From assembly GCA_030704615.1 (NCBI GenBank), contig CM060731.1, positions 81,096,001-81,160,000 on the forward strand: 64,000 nt of DNA, read 5' to 3'. This document shows positions 1 to 9,542 of this stretch, one piece after another. This DNA comes from Takakia lepidozioides (lineage: Eukaryota; Plantae; Bryophyta). The number at the start of each line of letters is the position of its first letter. Within the stretch, counting starts at the first letter, position 1. The notes beneath the pieces were generated by a model, which was not told the origin of the DNA, did no database searches, and was given only the letters and a program-made list of their open reading frames with translations. The position numbers were made by a program, and so were the translations under genes.

Positions 1-454
1 AGGCCCTCCAGCGGACTGGCAGGCGGCGGATCTTCCAGCGGACTCGGTAGGTGGAGGTGAACTCCAATTCGTTGGAGAGAGCTGGTTGGATACATGCCAT
101 CATGAGAAAGCTGATATCAATGAGGAGAAGGGGATATGTGGTATATCTTGAGAATAAATAAAAATATACTATGGCGAAACGAAAATGATGTGCGAGTAAG
201 TTATTTTGTGTTAGTTATTGTAGAAACTCTCAACTAATTCTATCAATTACTTGAAACTCTATTGGGGCAAATTTTTTTATCATGTTGTCATGGAGTTTAT
301 GTGGGGTTATGTCACGTTGCTACTAAATGGTTTGAGAGAGATGATACTCAGCCTAGGCGTCGCTGAGCGTGGGCTGAGTTGGGTCGACCTGTCGCTCTGA
401 ATATGTATCTATATATGTTTGTTTTAAATGATAATGCCTCCCCAAGGAAGTGTG

Positions 455-480
455 ATATATATATATATATATATATATAT
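455..480. repeat. (AT)n microsatellite
   Basis: Run of AT dinucleotides read directly. Confidence 0.95.
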
Positions 481-989
481 GATACCTCCCAAAGAAAGCA
501 TAAATTATGGCATCTCTTGATCCCGAAGGGATAATGCCTTTTAAAGAGAAGGTGGACATCTTTGTGACACCAATCAATGGAGTGAACCCACAACCACTTC
601 CCAACTGGTGTGCCTATTACAACTTGGCTAATAGTAATATATGATATATAAAGAAGCATAAATTATGGTGTATCTTGACCCCAAAGGGCTACTGCCTTCC
701 AGCAAGAACGTGGACACCTTTGTGACACCAATTAGTGGATTGATGTCAAAGGGGTATGTGCCCATTACCATTGGGCTACAACTTGGTTGACAAGTCTACA
801 GACAATAAATGGTAAGGGGGAGGTCTTTAATACCAAACATTGTTCACACCAAGTGTTCTTGTAGCACACCCACCTTCAACCTAGCTATAAATCCCAACTC
901 TAAAGTCAAATTTATCTTCCAATCCGGAGAACATTTTTTACTGCAAATGTTTCATTTTAACTCATGGTAAATCACCATTCAATTTTTGA

Positions 990-1099
990 ACTGGACCTGA
1001 AGCCACCGTTTTTCTTACGGATAATCATCATGGGTGATACCCAGGTTGATGTTTCGACTGGAAAAGTGAACTCCGCGGCTAGCAACTTTTCGACTTCTG
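990..1099 (-). pseudogene. Old Ty3/Gypsy RT fragment, left half of the target site
   Basis: Minus strand reads EVEKLLAAEFTFPVETSTWVSPMMIIRKKNGGFR, a typical Gypsy RT N-terminus. It joins in frame to 13460-13620 when 1100-13459 and one TSD copy are removed. Confidence 0.85.
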
Positions 1100-1450
1100 T
1101 GTCAAGTTAAATAAGCACAGTGTGAAAACAGCTAGAATAAAACTAGTTATTTGTATTTAACACTTGGATTTAGGTCAAGTGTTAAATCAGGTGTCAAGTT
1201 TAGTTTGACACCTGGTCTGTCTTATCTTCACGAGAGCGGCAGTCGCGCAGCTCATCTCTCTCGAGTTGAGCCTGCGCGACCGAGCTCCTGCATGCGTTTA
1301 GATCTGAGTGTACTCATGATGGGAGTGTAGGTTGTTGTGGGGTGGAGTCCCCATAGCTTGGGGTGCCCCTGGCTCGACTTCTATTATAAAGAGTGATAGC
1401 GATGGATTTCATATGTTTTGTGTCAACAGTGTCTCTATGCTTGTTTATCA
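1100..1450 (+). repeat. Terminal repeat A1 (351 bp)
   Basis: Identical by eye to 13023-13373 (TGTCAAG...TTTATCA). Confidence 0.95.
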
Positions 1451-1467
1451 CTCGAGAGAGATGAGCT
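1450..1467 (+). promoter_or_regulatory. Putative self-priming primer-binding site
   Basis: ACTCGAGAGAGATGAGCT is the exact reverse complement of 1249-1266 inside A1. It overlaps the last base of the terminal CA. No TGG-starting tRNA PBS is present. Confidence 0.75.
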
Positions 1468-4071
1468 CTTACCTGTGAGTGCAAGGTAGGAGTTGAGGGT
1501 TAGCACTTGTACGATTACCTGTGTGTAAGTAGTGCTTGGTTTTAGAAGCTTAGAAAAAAAAAAAAAAACAAAATATGCAGGTTTCGATCAGCGTTGGTTC
1601 TGGCATGAGGCCGCCGGGCATGATGGAGCTACACTGCATGGAAGCAGCCTTCGTTTTGGTCGGTGAGGAGACATCGTGAGGCAGTACGCAGGCTGGTGGA
1701 GTGCATGGGTAAAGGATGCCAGAGCTGCGTAGTGGAGTGCGCCAACCCCGCTCTCCACCACAGGTGCCAGCAGTAGCTGCTGCATACCCTGAGGCCGCTC
1801 CCACCAGATGAGCCACTCCCCGGTGGCGCACAGTTGGTGCAACAGAGGAGGTTGCTCCAGTGCGAGATCATGTCAGAACGCGCGCTGCGAAGAGGCAGTG
1901 GTTGTTGTGACTAGGGTTGGGAGTTGAGGTAAGGGTACTGGGAGTGGGCGTGCCGCAAAGCAGACTCGGAATACAAAGGCTGTTGCTCAACCCAGGGCAG
2001 CCCCTGCACCAAAGCAGAGGGACTTAGGGAGGGCCAAGCAGGTTTCGTCCAAATCTCACTCCTCGGAGCAGCGGCGGTCTCAAGATCATTGTATTGCTGA
2101 AGACGACGTTGAAGCAGACTTAGATCTAGAGGAGAATAGAGCAGAGGAGTAGCAGGGGAGAAGTGTGACGCAGGCTTTCAACGCTGTCGGTGCCCATCAG
2201 CTTGTGAATTGCTGCTTCGGCCTCTGCTTGTGGAAGCAGTGCTGGTGTGAATGGGGGCTGCTAAGTGCTTTTACTGCAGGAATCTGAAGCATTTCATGCC
2301 TATGGTGAGGCCTTACGAAGATTTTGCAGCCTGATTCCAGGCCTAATTGCCATGTGCATTGGCGGCTATGTCTTCACACTGGAAATGTGGCTGGAATTGA
2401 ATGAATCCAGGGTGTTTTGATGCTTCTGGACCTGCACATTGAGGGCTATGCAGCCTGGCATCTGAAATTTAGGCCTGATTACCAGGCTTTTCATGCGCAA
2501 GTGCGGCTGGTTTCCCTTACCTTTGGACTGGATCCCCAGATGTAAGGGGGCTGGTGATGAAGCCATTCCAGCTCCTCCTGATGCTGAGTCGACTGATGAA
2601 GAAGAGGCTGTGGGCAGCCCTGCTCCTTCCACTTGCTTCCTAGTTCTCTGCAGCTCCATTCGGTGGTTCCAATCTCCCACACCGAACCAAGGGCTAGCGA
2701 AATAGAGGCAGCGACTGGGAAGGCTGAGCAGAACCAGGAGCTGGTAGGAGCTGACGGGCATCTCTGCTGCATGGTTTTGGAGATTGACGAGCATGCAAGC
2801 TGCTCATGTGCAACCCTTTGATCAGGTATTGGACCAAAACTTGCGATGGACTGAGTGCCCACCCTGGATGGCCTGTTTGGCATCCATAATTGTTTCCCCT
2901 GCGAGATATGAAGCCAATGTTGTAGGGGCTTACTGGCATGACCAAATCGTGGATCGACAAAAGGGCTCGGAAATCAGCTGCATGAACTAAGAATTCACCG
3001 CTACTTGACTACGTTTTCTGTTCACGATACCAGTGCCTTATGCGATGAGATCCGGTTTACTGGAGGACGAGGGGATTGCTACTGTCTGTCCTACACAGTA
3101 AGCAGCCATTGTGTTTGTAAGAGCATGACACTAGAAAATGGCTATGGATGAAAGATGTTTGGTATTCACCTCCAATCTGAGGTGAGTCCTTCCACAAATT
3201 CATGACCTGAATGGGAGCAGCGAATGGGGCAGTAGTGAATGGGAGTTCAAGTAGAGCCAGCGGCTGGAGAGCATGAGAGTGGGAGACTGTGGACCCACCA
3301 GGTGACACTTGGTGTATGAGCGGGATATGAGCTGAAGGGGCCCAGCTCACTACACGACCTGCTCGGTCTATGTTTACAATCCAAAACTTGAGGGCAGCCT
3401 GTGCCAACTCCATGTAAAGGCTTACACAATCAGTGATAGCAGATCTGTTGTTGCCACCTTGAAAAATCAACACGCTTGAAGGGCTGTAAGCGTTCTTGAT
3501 CAAGCTAGTTAGCTCTGGTGCTTTCCGGGGTTGCATTGTAAGTGCTCCTGCTTTTGTTGGGAATATTGGTGCAAAGGATTAAGGCTCGGCATAGCTACGG
3601 ATCTCGACTGGAGGAGAGCAGGTCACTGGTAACCAAGAGCTGTGGGGGGTGCATTTGTAAACACAACTGAAATCCTGATAGGGCACGTGGCCAGGGAACC
3701 TAGGATGCCATATAGAACTTAGGGAACCGGGAACCAGTTACCAGACATTTTGGGTGTAACTTTAAATTGTTAAACTTGAAAACCTTTTAAAAAAAAAAAA
3801 AAAAAAAAAAAAACCCTTTTTGATCTAATTTAAATGATTTAAAGCCAAAGTGGTCATATCTTTGTCAAATGGACTCTGTTTGACTCTGTTTTTGGGGGGA
3901 TGGCTGCAGAAAGGGGAAATCTACCTACCTAGACCTGGTTTCTGTTTTTGGGACTCTGCTAAAAATCTATGGAATTTTTAGAGTGTGAGTGTGCCATAAA
4001 ATATCCACAATCCTGTTTCTAGAACCTGTGCTGGCCTATATGAGAGACAAACCTGTGGATGTACTCCCTGT

Positions 4072-4821
4072 ATGGCTGGGGGAAATGAGGACGTAATTGA
4101 AGGGCAGGTCTCTTCTCTTAGCCTGTGCACACAAGGGGACAGGATTTATGTTTCCCAAGGAACTCAGACTGATTTGAGTGGAGAACAGTTGGACGAGTTG
4201 ATTGCATACTGGGAGTCAGGCATTAGCAGTAGACAACAGACTGCTGTAGTTGGCATTGAGGGCCTCAATATCGCCTTGGACAGTCAGAACTCTGTTGGAG
4301 CCAGCAGTTCTGCAGCTGTAGGTGAAATACCAAAGTGGGTGAAAGCTAGGCTTGGAACACAGCCAAAGACAGCCCCGGGGACCAAGGTGTTCAGCCACAA
4401 GGCCGTGGTGTACTGGAGCAGAGGAGCAGGAGCTGCACAAGTTTGTGCAATTAGACAGTGTTGCAGACGGACACGCTCTGCACAAGGCAACCACGAGCGG
4501 GGGTTCATTAGCGAGGACAAGTTTGTTCTGTTTGAAGGCGATGCAGTCATCCGCAATGAAGACACCCGCAACCGTCTCAAAGCTTTCGAGTTGAGAGACT
4601 ATCAGACCCTACCTTTGTTTTCTTTAGTGTTCAGTGAGCGGGAGATAGGGGAGTACTGCTTTGTCTCTACCTGGCAGAAAGAGGAGGAGGGTTGGTTAGA
4701 GCGAGCTACTGTAGCTTGGGACAAGGTTAGTGGCAGGTTTCTGGACATAGATATACCTCCTACACCTTACCATCAAGCAGAGCGAGGTACTTTGAGAGAA
4801 GTCTGGAAGTTGATAGCATAG
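4072..4821 (+). CDS. Accessory ORF of unknown function (249 aa) upstream of gag
   Basis: ATG-initiated open frame inside the element's 3.9 kb leader; no recognisable motif. Confidence 0.45.
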   Translation: MAGGNEDVIEGQVSSLSLCTQGDRIYVSQGTQTDLSGEQLDELIAYWESGISSRQQTAVVGIEGLNIALDSQNSVGASSSAAVGEIPKWVKARLGTQPKTAPGTKVFSHKAVVYWSRGAGAAQVCAIRQCCRRTRSAQGNHERGFISEDKFVLFEGDAVIRNEDTRNRLKAFELRDYQTLPLFSLVFSEREIGEYCFVSTWQKEEEGWLERATVAWDKVSGRFLDIDIPPTPYHQAERGTLREVWKLIA

Positions 4822-5339
4822 ATCAGGGTTAGATCTTGCTTGGGCGGGCTTCTATTCTTCCCCTCCATCTCTGTACTATTTTCATTACCTTGTACTTGTA
4901 GTTGCCAAAGCCTCTCTTGGTGGAGGCCAGTCAGTCCGGGGTTTTGGGCTGGGATATTCTGCAGGATCAGCGTTGCTGCTGGATTTTGGTGTGGGGGTGT
5001 TGATGTTTTGATTTCTTGTGTTTGGATCCCCCCAACACCTGCATGCTTGACTGTGCGCCATGTTGGTTTTGTGTGGGCGCTTGCTTTCATAGGGATTAGG
5101 CCGGATTTGATCACCGGTCAATCCTAGAGTATGCTGTCGGTGGTGAGGCTGGAGTGATGACCAGCAAGACCACCAGTGTTTCTTCTATGGTGAGGCTGGG
5201 TTGATGACCAGCCAACCATAGGAGTTCTTGCGGTGGATGCAGGTGCAGGTGCCCTGAGCCATTGGGATATGACCCTTAGACTGCAACAGGTGCCCACCCG
5301 TGTCACTATTAGATTAGTACTAGAGCCTTATAGTGTCAC

Positions 5340-8300
5340 GTGGAGGAGGTGCACATTGTGAGTGTCATTACGGAGTTACCCAAGGGTTTTGAGGGGAGTA
5401 CGGCTACAAGCAGTGACAGTGAGAGTGGGTTCACAAGACGAGGTATTCGGTTCAGACCACCTTCACCGCCACCCTCAACTACTGTAGCGTCAGACACAGA
5501 CTCGGAGGCTTCATCAACAGGTGTGCACTTTCATTCGCCATTGTTGTGGGACGACATGGAGGTGATGTATGGAGCTACCAAGGGGCCTCGTAGGTACTCT
5601 GGAGCTGTGGGCACAATCGAGTTGGATGACTTTATCCAGGAGTTCGACAGCTGGTGTGATTTGCAGCAGATGCGCAATCCACAGCTATTCACCCCATTCA
5701 TGGCGTGGAAGGGACTGTTCCAGCATTTGGAAGGCCCGCCTATGGACGATTACCACGAGTTCAGGCGAGGACATGAAGCAGAGATTGAGGAGTGGAGGAT
5801 GTATTGGTCACCTGACTACGTCTCCATTACTCGAGGCACGACGCGACCAGTAGCTGCATCAGTACCAATAGCTCCCACTGCCAGCACTAGTAGTGGAGCA
5901 AGTAGTGCTGGTACTTCTGAAGGTAGTACCAGTTCAAAAGGTGCTACTACTTCTCCTGCCACGACTACAACACATTTGCCAAGATTCAACCCGGTGGTGG
6001 AGTTCTTCCAGGAGTTGCGGAGGAACTACCAAGGTGTACGGACAGAGAAGCTGCGAAGTTTGCAAGACTTCCAGCGCAAACCCAATGAGAGCCTGCGAGA
6101 GGCGTACACTCGTATGAGGCGCTTGATAAGTGTGACCCAAGGGGTTACTGAAGCTCAGGCAATCCAGTTTTGGTATGGAATTCTGGACAAGGAGCTCAAG
6201 AGAAGGGTGCGAGATGCAACCCTGTTACAAGCAGCCCAACCCACATTAGCAGATGTGTTTCTGCTGGCTGAGCGGATTGAGCTCAACATGGTGGAGGAGC
6301 GAGTTATTACAATTGGATTTGGTAAGGACATGCCTGTACGGGGCACAGCTGTCAGCCCACAAACACAAGGGACTGCCCAACAGCGTGGTCAGGGGGGCAA
6401 GGTTGCCCAGCCCAAGTTCCATGGAGCTTACAGGGGACCTCAGGTGCAGAGGCCCGTGGCATCTTTTGCAGGCCAACAGCAACCAGGGGTGATATGTTGG
6501 ACATGTGGAGGACCCCATGTCAAGAGAGATTGCCCAGAGAGTGGCAGAAGGCCGGCACAAGCACAGCCTGCACAGTTGCAGTGTGGGCATTGTGGCAAGT
6601 ATGGGCATGGAGATGCCCAGTGTTATGACTTGCATCCTGAGTTGCGCCCAGGCCAGTTCCAAGGGAACAATGGTGGCCGGGGGCGAGGTGGACCAGCCCA
6701 GAGAGGACAAGGTGGTCGGGCACGAGGTGCAGGCCAAGGGCAAGCTCAACATGGCCAAGGACGCGGAGGTCAGGGCGTTGATCAAGGCATGGCCAACCGG
6801 CTTCAGCAGCTAGAGCAGAGGCTCGCTGCCATGGCTATAGCTCAGGCGGTACCGGCTCCCAGGCGGGATGGTCCACCTCCTGCTCCTGAGGGAGGAGATA
6901 TGGGAGGCATGGGATTTATGTGCGGAGCAGCACTACCACTAGAGCAGGTGGAGTCTGCTGCAGCCGTGACTCGAAAAGCAGCACGAGTTCTTGAGCCACG
7001 AGGTGCAGAGGTGGAATTGGATCCACAGCGTGGGGAGGCAAGCCGTCAGGTGAGGCTTCCCCAGTCATTCACATTGGCGGAGACAGCGTCAACGCCATCC
7101 ATGGCACCTAGTTCTCGCCCGACTGTTACCGAGGCGGAGGTTACTATGCCATTGGGGAGAGCTACACGTGCAGCACTGACACCTGCTACCAAGGCTAGTG
7201 CAGCCGGTGTGTTATTGGGAGCAGCCACCTCTGTGTGTCAAGCCCCATTGTTCTCGGCAACCATGATTGCGATGCCGCAGGTGAGGCCAGCTGCAGTGTT
7301 CAGACTAGCAGCAACACTCTGTGAGAGTGGGGAGGTCACTTTATCTTCTGCGGAGTTAGTGGAAGGTGTAGTGGCAGAGGGATCCTCGGATTTGAGGGTC
7401 AAGACTGCCACGGCTGCGCCCTGGCAAGCTGCAGCTGCCAGGTTGACGGAGCTGCCAGCTAGGCCAGCCATTGAGCGCGCCATGGTGACATCTGGAGTTG
7501 TCTTGTTAGACAACCAGGGAGGCATTTTCACTTTGAGTGGACCGGCAGGCAAGAAGTACCGGCCACTGCGGGTCTTGTTGGACTCAGGAGCTCAGCCACT
7601 GATGTTGGGCAGAGCTGCTATTGCAGGTTTGGGCCTCATGGAGGCGGATATGGAGCCTTGTCCTTTCCAGATACAGACATCTCTGGGAGGATCAGAGCAG
7701 GCTCGCGGCATGACACGGCATCAGTTGGCTATTAGACTGCAGCCGGATCATCCTGTAGATGGCTCAGTGATGCGAGCCAAGGCCATTGTGACAGACGCGG
7801 TCTCTTACGATGTCCTCGTTGGTGGGGCAGTGTTATACCCCATGGGCTTCACCCTGGATTTCTGGGAGGAGTCAGCATCCTACAGGCCTGGATGGCAGTC
7901 AGGGGATGGTCGCCGTGCACAGCTCCCTGTGACATTCATTGGGGGTATTGCAGCTGCTCAGCGGGGCAAGATGCCAACACTAGCCGCCTTCACAGCTGCA
8001 GTCAGCTGGCCTGGAGAGTTGCTGGAAGGCAATGCCCATGCAGAGGATGTGCCACCTCCAGCAGAGCAGGATGACATGCATGGTACGGCGGAGTTGCCCG
8101 CCATGGTTGCTCACACTCCGTTGTGGGGTACGAGCAAGGATTTGCAGCACGCTGCTGATGGACGGCTGCAACAAGCTTGGTTAGAAGCTTTTGTACCGTC
8201 AGGAGAGGAGGAGAGTGTGGTGATTGTACCAGGGCCACCTCAGTTGTCGCCATTGGACACCACACCTCTTGTGTGGCAGCGACCGGATGAAGGCATATGT

Positions 8301-9542
8301 CTTCTGGACTTATTTGGCGGGATCAGCACTGGATTGGCTGCAGTGCTGCAGGCAGGTGTACGAGTTCGACGTTACCTGTATGTGGAGAGGGATGAGACTG
8401 CACGACGCGTCTCACTGCGCCATGTTGCTCAGATGGTGCAGCAGCATCCTGAGTTGTTGCCGGTGTCTGCAGTTCGTGGATATCAGCAGGCCTTGCCAGC
8501 AGACATTGCGTTGCTGGGGGCGCAGGATTTGGAGCGGGTTGGCTCCATTGATCTGGTAGTGGCAGGTTGGCCCTGCCAAGGGCATTCATCAGCCGGGCAT
8601 GGCAATGGATTGCGAGACTCGAGGACGGGTCTGTTTTGGGAGATGGTGCGGATTTTGCGCCACTTGCAGCTTCATCAGGCTGTATCTCCGGCATACATCT
8701 TGGAGAATGTGCCACTGATGGGTGATTCTCGGGCCAGGGTGATGGCCAGTGTGCATCAAGTCCGGTCGTGGCTTGGGTCAGCAGTATTGCTGGATGCAGC
8801 TGCACTGGGGTCACGGGCTCATCGTCCACGACTATGGTGGACTAACTTGATGCCACCCGCACTGCTCAAGCGTGCATTTGATGGGGTGCATCGGCCAGCA
8901 CACCTCACCGTGGATGGCATTTTGGACACAGGAAGGCAGTCTCAACGTGTGAGACACGATGACCGTTCGCCTTTGGCAGTGGTCAACAGAGTGGGTCAAC
9001 CACGAGCAGCATTACCTACACTGCTCAGCTTCCCAGGATCCCATGCTTTTCGGGATGGTGGACCTGGCCTCCTGTGGGATGCTCAGTTGCAACAGTTAGT
9101 GGAGCCTAATGCCGACGAGCGAGAGCGGGCTATGGGGTTTTCCACTGGGACCACGGCGGTGCCTTCCCTTTCTGAGGCATCACGTCGTCAGGTGTTGGGG
9201 CAAGCAATGGATCTCAATTGCTTGACCTGGATTGTCAGCTTGGCTATGGCTGAGCAACGTAGAGTGCGGAGTGCACTTCCCTTGATGGTCTCTCTGCCTA
9301 CCGAGACGGTACAGGCAGCGAGTGGGGGCGAGCCGGTGAGGACCACGAGGTGTAGACATCCATGGCACATGTGGGAGGTGCTCGAGGTTCAGAGGGAGTT
9401 GGCAGCGAAGGCAGCTGTGATGGATGAGGTTGGGGATTCTTCTCGGGATGAGGAGGTTCTCAATGATGAGATGATGGGGCAGGATGAGGCCTTGTCATTG
9501 ACTGAGCAGGAAGGGGGTACTGCTCAAGAGGTTGCAGCATAG
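5340..9542 (+). CDS. Gag - aspartic protease - C5 cytosine DNA methyltransferase polyprotein (start uncertain; first ATG 5556)
   Basis: Zn knuckles CWTCGGPHVKRDC (~6495) and CGHCGKYGHGDAQC (~6582). Protease LLDSGA (~7581). DNMT motifs DLFGG, YVERD, GWPCQG (PCQ 8571-8579), ILENV, RPRLWWTNL, ERERAMGF, RQVLGQAM. Confidence 0.93.
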   Translation: MEEVHIVSVITELPKGFEGSTATSSDSESGFTRRGIRFRPPSPPPSTTVASDTDSEASSTGVHFHSPLLWDDMEVMYGATKGPRRYSGAVGTIELDDFIQEFDSWCDLQQMRNPQLFTPFMAWKGLFQHLEGPPMDDYHEFRRGHEAEIEEWRMYWSPDYVSITRGTTRPVAASVPIAPTASTSSGASSAGTSEGSTSSKGATTSPATTTTHLPRFNPVVEFFQELRRNYQGVRTEKLRSLQDFQRKPNESLREAYTRMRRLISVTQGVTEAQAIQFWYGILDKELKRRVRDATLLQAAQPTLADVFLLAERIELNMVEERVITIGFGKDMPVRGTAVSPQTQGTAQQRGQGGKVAQPKFHGAYRGPQVQRPVASFAGQQQPGVICWTCGGPHVKRDCPESGRRPAQAQPAQLQCGHCGKYGHGDAQCYDLHPELRPGQFQGNNGGRGRGGPAQRGQGGRARGAGQGQAQHGQGRGGQGVDQGMANRLQQLEQRLAAMAIAQAVPAPRRDGPPPAPEGGDMGGMGFMCGAALPLEQVESAAAVTRKAARVLEPRGAEVELDPQRGEASRQVRLPQSFTLAETASTPSMAPSSRPTVTEAEVTMPLGRATRAALTPATKASAAGVLLGAATSVCQAPLFSATMIAMPQVRPAAVFRLAATLCESGEVTLSSAELVEGVVAEGSSDLRVKTATAAPWQAAAARLTELPARPAIERAMVTSGVVLLDNQGGIFTLSGPAGKKYRPLRVLLDSGAQPLMLGRAAIAGLGLMEADMEPCPFQIQTSLGGSEQARGMTRHQLAIRLQPDHPVDGSVMRAKAIVTDAVSYDVLVGGAVLYPMGFTLDFWEESASYRPGWQSGDGRRAQLPVTFIGGIAAAQRGKMPTLAAFTAAVSWPGELLEGNAHAEDVPPPAEQDDMHGTAELPAMVAHTPLWGTSKDLQHAADGRLQQAWLEAFVPSGEEESVVIVPGPPQLSPLDTTPLVWQRPDEGICLLDLFGGISTGLAAVLQAGVRVRRYLYVERDETARRVSLRHVAQMVQQHPELLPVSAVRGYQQALPADIALLGAQDLERVGSIDLVVAGWPCQGHSSAGHGNGLRDSRTGLFWEMVRILRHLQLHQAVSPAYILENVPLMGDSRARVMASVHQVRSWLGSAVLLDAAALGSRAHRPRLWWTNLMPPALLKRAFDGVHRPAHLTVDGILDTGRQSQRVRHDDRSPLAVVNRVGQPRAALPTLLSFPGSHAFRDGGPGLLWDAQLQQLVEPNADERERAMGFSTGTTAVPSLSEASRRQVLGQAMDLNCLTWIVSLAMAEQRRVRSALPLMVSLPTETVQAASGGEPVRTTRCRHPWHMWEVLEVQRELAAKAAVMDEVGDSSRDEEVLNDEMMGQDEALSLTEQEGGTAQEVAA

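Noticed and set aside
490-780. ~160-bp degenerate tandem duplication
   Set aside because: Two diverged copies in AT-rich DNA with no further structure; not informative.
8292-9240. Host DNMT gene or bacterial contamination
   Set aside because: In frame within gag-PR, inside TSD-bounded element ends, and repeated in a second copy.
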